Positions 23,289 through 30,356 of a stretch of 32,000 nt of DNA are shown here, one piece after another. The translations under genes and the position numbers were made by a program. The stretch is from an archaeon (lineage in GTDB: Archaea > Iainarchaeota > Iainarchaeia > Iainarchaeales > JANQMZ01): the NCBI GenBank assembly GCA_028279805.1, contig JANQMZ010000007.1, positions 780,001 to 812,000 of the forward strand. The letters are read 5' to 3'. Position 1 is the first letter of the stretch, and the number at the start of each line of letters is the position of its first letter. The notes beneath the pieces are model-generated. The model made no database searches. It was not told where the DNA came from and worked only from the letters and a program-made list of their open reading frames with translations.

Positions 23289-25409
23289 ATGAAACTTTTA
23301 CATTTTTATTGCATGAAAAAACGGTTTTTTATTTTAAATTTTTTTTTCTTATTTTTAATTTTAAATGCTTTTACAGTTTATGCAGTTGTTGAATATTCTT
23401 CAATGCCCATTTTTGCGGTAACTGATACTGATGAAGCATTGAGAGCTGACTTGGATTTGAATCTTATTCCGGGAGGAACCGCTGATTCTTTTTTTTCCTC
23501 CAAATCAGTGAATGTCGGAACATCTACTCAAACAACCGGAAGAATTGCTGTTGCTTTGGCTGAAAATTATTCAGATGATTCTAAAAAATATGATTATAAG
23601 TTTAATATTAAAACACAGGCAGTTGAAGTGGACGGCCCGAGTGCGGGAGCAGCAATGGCTTTGCTTGTAATTTCTTCTCTGCAGGATAAAAGCTTACCGG
23701 GCAATGTTGCGGTAACCGGAACAATTACTCCTGACGGAATTGTGGGCCCTGTTGGCGGTGTTTTTTTTAAAGTGCAGGAATCTTCAAAGCACGGAATTGA
23801 TTTGTTTATGATTCCACGCGGGGAAGGAATTCAAACTGTTAAGCTTGACGGAAAAATTCAAACAGTTGATTTGATTCAGCATGCTTTTGACGAATGGAAT
23901 TTAAAAGTTGTTGAAGTGAGAACAATTGATGATGTTTTAAAACTTGCTTTTGAAAATGTTGAAAAAATTGATATAACCGAACAGTCCTCTGAAAGAGAAC
24001 CCATTTTTAAGCCCAAAGAAATTCAGATTAACGGAAAATTAAATGTAATGAAAGATGTTTTTTTTGAAATTTTAGAAAAATCCGAACAATCCCTTGAAGA
24101 ATCAAAACAGGCTTTAAATCAAACAACGATCGATGACCATTATGCTTTGTCTATTTTGCTGGAATATCAAAGATTTGCTGAAAGAAATTATGAGGAATCT
24201 TCTTTGTTGTTTGACCAGAATTATCTTTATTCTTCAGCAAACACAGCATATCTTTCACTTGTATATTCTTCTCTTGTTAAGGATATTGCCCAAAACCCTG
24301 TATTGCTTGAATTAGATTCTGATTTTTTTAACCAAAAATTAACCGATTTGTCTGATAAAATAGATGAGTTTGAGAACAGTTTTTCTGAGAGGCTTCCGGT
24401 GGATTTGCTTGAATGGAACATTTCCTCAAAACAGAGGCTTTTATGGGCTAAAAATTTTGTTCAAAATCTTTTAACAGTCAAAACAGTTGTTCTTGATAAT
24501 AATGAAAGGCAGAAAATAAATATTGCAGTTTCGAATGTTGAATCTTTTCATTTTGCAAAAGAATGGCTTAATGTTTCAAAACAATTTTATGAAATTTCAA
24601 AAAAGTCAAATTCTTTTGCGGTTCAGGGAGAAGAATTTTCGGATTTTGCAGATGTTTTAATTAGTGAAGCTGAAAATGCTGTAAGTTCTGTTGATATTGA
24701 AGAATCTGAGGATGTTACAAGAAGACTTAACAGTTCAAGGATTGCCAGGGAAAAAGGATGGAATGTTTCATCTGCGACTGATGCTTTTTCAGCAATTGCT
24801 TTAAACAATTCAAGAATTCGTTCACAGAATCAATCTTTGGAGCAGCTTGTAACTTTTTTGGAAGAAAAAATCACAGACCTTGAGCAAAGAATGTCTGAAT
24901 CAGGAAGAGATTTTTTATGGCCGCAGCTTTATCTGGATCATGCTAAATATTTTCTGGAAGCGTCTGCTTTTTATGAAAGCGAAGGGCTTAACACTTCTGC
25001 AATTGACAGGGCAAAATCTGGTTTAAGTTTGGTTTTTTTGGCGGAAGGAGTTTTTGAGGTAACAGATGAAGCTTATAATTTTTATGAAAATGTTCCTGTG
25101 CAAAATTTATCAATTCCTCCGGTAGAAGATGACACAATTTTTATTTTTTTAATTATAATTGCAGGAACACTTGTTTTTGGCATTATTTTAAAATTGTTAC
25201 ATTCAAAACAGGATAAAAAAATTGAAAATATTTCAAGCCTTATAAGAAAAAGAGAACTTTTGCATAAAAAAGAATTAAAAATTAAAAAACAGGAAAGGCT
25301 TATTGAAAGAAAAATAAGAAAAGCGAAAGACAAACCTAAACCAAAAAAATTTGCTTTTAAGCCTAAAAAGGCTAAAAAAGGCAAAAAAGAAGATTATGAT
25401 ATGTATTAA
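23289..25409 (+). CDS. Membrane-anchored Lon-like (S16) serine protease without AAA+ module, plus large helical domain
   Basis: N-terminal hydrophobic helix 'FFILNFFFLFLILNAFTVYA'. S16 domain 'VEVDGPSAGAAMALLV...VTGTITPDGIVGPVGGVFFKVQES'. C-terminal TM 'IFIFLIIIAGTLVFGIILKLL' followed by a Lys-rich tail. No Walker motifs were seen. An alternative start is at M9 (23313). Confidence 0.75.
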   Translation: MKLLHFYCMKKRFFILNFFFLFLILNAFTVYAVVEYSSMPIFAVTDTDEALRADLDLNLIPGGTADSFFSSKSVNVGTSTQTTGRIAVALAENYSDDSKKYDYKFNIKTQAVEVDGPSAGAAMALLVISSLQDKSLPGNVAVTGTITPDGIVGPVGGVFFKVQESSKHGIDLFMIPRGEGIQTVKLDGKIQTVDLIQHAFDEWNLKVVEVRTIDDVLKLAFENVEKIDITEQSSEREPIFKPKEIQINGKLNVMKDVFFEILEKSEQSLEESKQALNQTTIDDHYALSILLEYQRFAERNYEESSLLFDQNYLYSSANTAYLSLVYSSLVKDIAQNPVLLELDSDFFNQKLTDLSDKIDEFENSFSERLPVDLLEWNISSKQRLLWAKNFVQNLLTVKTVVLDNNERQKINIAVSNVESFHFAKEWLNVSKQFYEISKKSNSFAVQGEEFSDFADVLISEAENAVSSVDIEESEDVTRRLNSSRIAREKGWNVSSATDAFSAIALNNSRIRSQNQSLEQLVTFLEEKITDLEQRMSESGRDFLWPQLYLDHAKYFLEASAFYESEGLNTSAIDRAKSGLSLVFLAEGVFEVTDEAYNFYENVPVQNLSIPPVEDDTIFIFLIIIAGTLVFGIILKLLHSKQDKKIENISSLIRKRELLHKKELKIKKQERLIERKIRKAKDKPKPKKFAFKPKKAKKGKKEDYDMY

Positions 25410-28372
25410 GCTGCAATTTTTTCTTTTAACTTTAATCCTATAACACTTGATTTTTGCTTGTTTAATGCAACTCCGATTATTTCATCTGCCTGTTTTATCA
25501 GTGTGTCATTGTGGGTTATTGCAATAAACTGTGATTCTTTGTTTATTTCTTTTACTATTCTGGCCATTTTAACCGAATTAACTTTATCCAAAGCTGCATC
25601 TGCTTCATCAAAAACATAAAAAGGTGCTGGATCATAAAGCTGTATTGCAAACAAAAAAGCCAGAGCTGTCAATGTTCTTTCTCCACCGGACATGCTGTCA
25701 ATGTTAAGCATTTTTTCTCCCACATGCCTTGCTTCTATAACAAGTCCGGATTCAAGCGGGTTATCTTTATCTGTTAAAGAAAGAGAACCCTCTCCCTCAA
25801 AAAAATTGTAAAACATTTTTTTGAAATGATTATTTATTTTGTTAAAACATTCCATGAACACACTTGTTCTTTTAAATTCAATTTGTTCCATTAAGTCAAG
25901 AACAGAATCTTTTTCATTTTGCAGTATTTCAACTTTGTGTTTTATTTCTTCAAGTTCTTTTTTTTGTTCCTGAAATGAATCTAAGGCTTTCATGTTAATT
26001 GTTCCGAGTTTTTCAATTTGTTTATCCAGTCTTCCAAGTTCTTGTTTTAATTCTGGTAAATTCATGTTATGTAAAACGCTTACGTTTTCAAATTCTTTAA
26101 ATTCTTCTTCCAAATCTGTAAGCCTTATTTCATTTTTTCCTTTTTCCAGTTCAAGCCTTGATTCTTCTTTTTCAAATGTTTTTATTTTTCTTTCATTGTC
26201 TTCCAGTTTTTTTTCAATTTTTTCAATTTTTAAAACAATTTTTGCTTTTTGCTCTTCTCTTTGCTTGCTTTGCTTTTCTGCTATTTTTTCCTCTTTTTCC
26301 AGATCTTTTAATTCTGATTCTATTTGCAGTATTTTTTTCTCGTTTTCCTGCATTTTTTGCTCATTTTCTTGGGTTTCTGTTTTAAGGTTTTTTATTTCTT
26401 CGCTTGTTTTTTCTTTTTCAACAGGAATCTGGACTGAAATTTTATTCTCATATGCTTTTTGTTCAGATTCCAGTAGTGTTTTTCTGGTTTCCAGTTCTGA
26501 TAATTTTTCTGACGCCTCCTTTAATTCTGTAAAATCAAATCCTTTTCTGGCATTTTCCATTTTTTCCATTGCAGATGAAGATTTTTGTTTTAATTGTTCA
26601 AGTGTTTCTTTCAATTCTGTTATTTTGTCAACATTTTCATCCGGTTTTTTTATTTTGTTTTTTAATTCGTTTATCCGGGCTTCCAGTTCTGTTTTTCTTT
26701 CCTTTAGTATTTCCAATTCTTCAACTTCTTTGTCAAGTTCTTTTTTTTCTTCCAACAGGTTTTTTAATTCTTCAAGTTTTTTTTTGTGCTCATGTTTTTC
26801 ATTAAAATGTTTTTTTCCCAAGTGTGCTAATTGTTTTTTGTTTGAATGTTTTAATTCAATTATTGCTGTTTTTGTATGACTGTTTAACTCTTTTTCACAT
26901 GTGGGGCATTTTGAAATATCTTCTTCTAAAATTTTTATTGTTTCCTGTAATGCTTCTATTTTTCCTGTAATTGTTTTTTCTTTTTCCAGGGCTTTGTCAA
27001 TTTTTGTTTCAGTTTCTTCAATAATTTGTTTTATATCAGGATTTTTTGAATTAATATTTTTTAACATTTCTTCTTTTGACAATTTTGAACCTATTTTTTC
27101 CACTATTTTTTCAATTTCTTTTTCTTTTTCATTTATTTCTTTTCTTGTAAACATGTTTTCGTTTTTAATTGATTCTATTGACAGTTCTTTTTGATTCAGT
27201 TCTTCCCTTAATATGTCCATTTGGCCTGAAATTCGTGAAAATTCTTCATTTGCTGTTTCAAAAAAATCCCTTCTTTTGTCTGCTTTTTCCTTCAATTCGT
27301 TTCTTTTCTGTTTTAAGCTTTTTACCTGGTTTTCAACATCATTTAATTCTGTTTTTGAATCTTTTATTTTTTGTTCTGTTTCCGTTTTTTCTTTTTCAAA
27401 ATTTTTTAACATTTGATTTAATTCTTCTGTTTTTTCTTTGTTTGAATAAACCTGTTTTTCTGCGGTTGAAATTTTTTCTTCATAAAGTTTTTTGAATCCT
27501 TTTTTCTTTTCTTTTTCTGATAAAATTTCAGAATAAGTTTTTTTTCCCTGTTCTAACAATTCCTGTGTTATTTTTTCAGATTTTTCCCTGTTTTCTTCAA
27601 TTTCTTTTTTTAATTCTTCTTTTTTTCCCTCGCTTTGTTCTTTGTCTTTGGCTGTGTTTTCAATTTTTTTGTTTATTTCATCAACGCTTTGTTGTATTTC
27701 TTTTTTTTCGAGTGATAAAATTGTTGCTTTTACTTTTTCCTCTTTTTTTAACAATTCCTGGTGTTGTTTTGCTGCGTTCATTTCCTCTTCCAGTTGTGAC
27801 AGGTAAACCTCTCTTTCATTCATTACAATTGTAATATCTTTTATTTTCTGGCTGACTTTTTCAAGTTCTTTCTGGGCTTCCTGTTTTTTTCCGTCAAATT
27901 CTGCCAGGCCTGCTATTTCGTCAATTATTTCCCGTCTTTCCACTGGAGATTGTGAAATAATTCTTGTAACATCTCCTTGTGCTACAATATTGTATCCGTC
28001 GTTTTTGATTTTTAATTCTGATAAGAGTGAACGTATTTCGTTTAATGTTTTTTTTTCACCGTTTAATCTGAAAAAACTTTTTCCTTTTTTGTCAATTGTT
28101 CTGCTGATATTCCATGAGTTTTTTTCATTTTTTATTTCAAGTTCAACTTTTGCATAGTTTTCAGAGCCTATGCTGTTAATCAAATCCTTTAATTTTGAGG
28201 CTCTGATAAGCTTTAAAGACGTGTTTCCAAGCACGAACAATAATGCGTCTAAAATGTTGCTTTTGCCCGAACCGTTGGGGCCTGCAATCACAGTAAATTC
28301 ATTGCTTATCGGTATTTCCGCTTTTTGAAATGATTTAAAGTTTTTTAATTTTAAATTTTTTAATTTAATCAT
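25406..28372 (-). CDS. smc: SMC-family chromosome-organisation ATPase with central CxxC zinc-hook motif in place of a hinge
   Basis: N-head: 'GPNGSGKSNILDALLFVLG', 'LIRASKLKDLI', 'DGYNIVAQGDVTRII' and 'ERREIIDEIAGLAEFD'. C-head: 'MSGGERTLTALAFLFAIQLYDPAPFYVFDEADAALD' and 'ESQFIAITHND'. Residues ~165-800 are coiled coil. 'KCPTCEKEL' sits at residues 488-496 of 988. Confidence 0.85.
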   Translation of the reverse strand: MIKLKNLKLKNFKSFQKAEIPISNEFTVIAGPNGSGKSNILDALLFVLGNTSLKLIRASKLKDLINSIGSENYAKVELEIKNEKNSWNISRTIDKKGKSFFRLNGEKKTLNEIRSLLSELKIKNDGYNIVAQGDVTRIISQSPVERREIIDEIAGLAEFDGKKQEAQKELEKVSQKIKDITIVMNEREVYLSQLEEEMNAAKQHQELLKKEEKVKATILSLEKKEIQQSVDEINKKIENTAKDKEQSEGKKEELKKEIEENREKSEKITQELLEQGKKTYSEILSEKEKKKGFKKLYEEKISTAEKQVYSNKEKTEELNQMLKNFEKEKTETEQKIKDSKTELNDVENQVKSLKQKRNELKEKADKRRDFFETANEEFSRISGQMDILREELNQKELSIESIKNENMFTRKEINEKEKEIEKIVEKIGSKLSKEEMLKNINSKNPDIKQIIEETETKIDKALEKEKTITGKIEALQETIKILEEDISKCPTCEKELNSHTKTAIIELKHSNKKQLAHLGKKHFNEKHEHKKKLEELKNLLEEKKELDKEVEELEILKERKTELEARINELKNKIKKPDENVDKITELKETLEQLKQKSSSAMEKMENARKGFDFTELKEASEKLSELETRKTLLESEQKAYENKISVQIPVEKEKTSEEIKNLKTETQENEQKMQENEKKILQIESELKDLEKEEKIAEKQSKQREEQKAKIVLKIEKIEKKLEDNERKIKTFEKEESRLELEKGKNEIRLTDLEEEFKEFENVSVLHNMNLPELKQELGRLDKQIEKLGTINMKALDSFQEQKKELEEIKHKVEILQNEKDSVLDLMEQIEFKRTSVFMECFNKINNHFKKMFYNFFEGEGSLSLTDKDNPLESGLVIEARHVGEKMLNIDSMSGGERTLTALAFLFAIQLYDPAPFYVFDEADAALDKVNSVKMARIVKEINKESQFIAITHNDTLIKQADEIIGVALNKQKSSVIGLKLKEKIAA

Positions 28373-28394
28373 TCTCTTTCCCCGTTACCGGTTG

Positions 28395-29183
28395 TTAAAT
28401 GTTTTTGTTTAATTTTTTTTTAAAATAATAAATGGCAACAGCAAGTGAATTAAAAGCATAAATGTATGCACTTGTTAGGGCAATTATTCCCAGCACAATC
28501 AAATCATCTGCAAACAAGTCTATTAGAATTGTCTGAATTTCTGAAAAAATTGTATTAGCAATTCCTATTAAAATTATGAAAACCAAAACTTTCAGAACAT
28601 TTTGTGCAACAAATTCCCAGCTTTCCCTTAACCCCTGTTTTATTGTTAAATTGTTTGCAACAACGGCAGGAATTGTAAAAATTATTCCTATTATTGCATA
28701 CAAATAAAGAACAAACAAAAGAATTGAAATTATTCCTGCCAATACCGGAATTGTTTCAAAAATAATTCCGGAAAACCATAACAATGCAGACAAAACAAAA
28801 AATAATACCATTAAAAAAACAGCGTATGTGAATGATTTTCTTATATTCTGAAAAGCAAAACTTCTTGCTTCTCTAAAATTTTGATTGTTTTCAACAGCTT
28901 TTGAATAAAAGAAAAACAAAAGTGTCTGAAGCGAAAGCATTAACAATCCCAGGACAATTCCGCTTAGCATTTCAAAAGGATAAAGCAGGAAAAGTTTTGG
29001 AACAGTTTCAACAAAAGTTGGTCCTGTAAGCCCCGGTTCTGCTGCAAGAGTTAAAAACAGGTCAATCACAGGAAATCCTATTAAAACAAATGCAACAAAT
29101 TGTATTAAAAAAATTCCCAGTGAAAAAAGCCATGCTTTTGGATTTAAAGCTGTTTTGAGTGAGCTTGCTATTGTTCCGATCAT
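28395..29183 (-). CDS. Hypothetical polytopic membrane protein (about 6-7 TM helices)
   Basis: 262-aa hydrophobic ORF, 22 nt upstream of the smc-like start on the same strand. Confidence 0.6.
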   Translation of the reverse strand: MIGTIASSLKTALNPKAWLFSLGIFLIQFVAFVLIGFPVIDLFLTLAAEPGLTGPTFVETVPKLFLLYPFEMLSGIVLGLLMLSLQTLLFFFYSKAVENNQNFREARSFAFQNIRKSFTYAVFLMVLFFVLSALLWFSGIIFETIPVLAGIISILLFVLYLYAIIGIIFTIPAVVANNLTIKQGLRESWEFVAQNVLKVLVFIILIGIANTIFSEIQTILIDLFADDLIVLGIIALTSAYIYAFNSLAVAIYYFKKKLNKNI

Positions 29184-29232
29184 TTTCTCCCCTTTTTTGC
29201 AATATTATCTTTTTCCGTTTTTTTAACTCTTT

Positions 29233-30192
29233 CTATTCTTTTATCTCTATTTCGTCAATTTGGCCGTCTGAATCCAGATCCAGTCCTTCAACAGCTTTTG
29301 CTTTTATTTCATTGTCAAACAAATTGCCTTTTGCAATATCCTCAAGTTTTTTAATGAAAGCAAGAACAGCTGCTTTTGTTCCCGCATTTCTTTTTCCCGC
29401 CAAAAACAAAATGCTTTTTTTGGGAAAATTGGGATGAGCAATTTTTTCAATTACTCCGACTGAATCTTCAATGTATTCTTTTTCAGAAATTTTGCTTTTG
29501 ATAATCCATTGACCTTGTTCAAGTTCAAAATAAATGGGCAAATGTTCCATTATTTCATTACTCATCCTGTTTGTAATCGGTCCGCCTATTATAATCAGGT
29601 TATTATTTTCTTTTTCAATTCCTTTAATCATTGTGTCAAGAAAAACAATGGGATGTTTTAATTGTCCGGAAAGAGAGCCCAAAGCGCATGCGAGTTCAAC
29701 AGCCAAATGTGAATCTCTTGCTCTTGCCTTGTTTTCTCCGTGAGCATCAGGCGACCCTACAATTATTTTTGCATTAAATTTTCCGTTTGAAATAAACGGT
29801 TTTAAAAAATCTGAAATTCCCGAACTTAATTCTTTTGTTTCTCCGACAAAAACACTTTCACTTTGTTCTTCGAGTTGTTCCATGCTTGGCACTAACGTTA
29901 TGGATTTTTCTTTTGCTTTATAATATTTTGCAAAAGCTCCGCCTTTTTCTTCCGTTCTTATTAATTCAATCAGGCCTGCTTTTTTTAATTTGTTAATATA
30001 ATAATAGGCTTCCTGTCCTGACAATTTTAACTTTTTTGCAACATGCGACGGATAAGATTCTTTTTTTGACAGTTCTTTGAAAATGTTCCATGCCTTTTCA
30101 TTAAGCAAAGGTTTTACCGGTTTAATATTTTCAAAAACTTTTGTCCTGCTTTTAATTGTTTTATTGTTTTTTGTTATTTCAATTGTTTCCAT
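29233..30192 (-). CDS. Winged-helix (ArsR/TrmB-like) N-terminal domain protein with uncharacterised alpha/beta C-terminal domain
   Basis: wHTH 'YPSHVAKKLKLSGQEAYYYINKLKKAGLIELIRTEEKGGAFAKYY'. The C-terminal domain has 'NLIIIGGPITN' and 'ILFLAGKRNAGTKAAV'. I prefer the ATG at 30192 (METIEIT...). The GTG at 30201 is the ORF-track start. Confidence 0.6.
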   Translation of the reverse strand: METIEITKNNKTIKSRTKVFENIKPVKPLLNEKAWNIFKELSKKESYPSHVAKKLKLSGQEAYYYINKLKKAGLIELIRTEEKGGAFAKYYKAKEKSITLVPSMEQLEEQSESVFVGETKELSSGISDFLKPFISNGKFNAKIIVGSPDAHGENKARARDSHLAVELACALGSLSGQLKHPIVFLDTMIKGIEKENNNLIIIGGPITNRMSNEIMEHLPIYFELEQGQWIIKSKISEKEYIEDSVGVIEKIAHPNFPKKSILFLAGKRNAGTKAAVLAFIKKLEDIAKGNLFDNEIKAKAVEGLDLDSDGQIDEIEIKE

Positions 30193-30356
30193 AAAAAACA
30201 CTAATTATTAATATATTCAAACTACTATTAATAAATTATTATAAGTAATACTAATTTTTTTAAATATTTTGCCTTACTTTGCTTAGTACTATTTACGCAA
30301 TTTAAATGGTTTTTAAATACTTAAACTGAGCATTTATTTGATTTTTTGGTGAAAAA

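Noticed and set aside
25992-27834. Several long plus-strand ORFs (for example 25992-26879 at 295 aa, 26901-27194, 27169-27495, 27565-27834) encoding Phe/Ser/Leu-rich low-complexity proteins.
   Set aside because: They are antisense to the K/E-rich coiled coil of the SMC-like gene. AAR/GAR codons read backwards give TTY/YTC, so the frames stay open. There are no motifs and no independent start signals. These are spurious shadow ORFs.
26000-28000. Periodic, repeat-like appearance of the DNA (recurring aaagaa/ttcttt words), considered as a possible tandem repeat or CRISPR-like array.
   Set aside because: There are no exact repeat units with unique spacers. The periodicity is the heptad K/E codon bias of a coiled-coil coding region.
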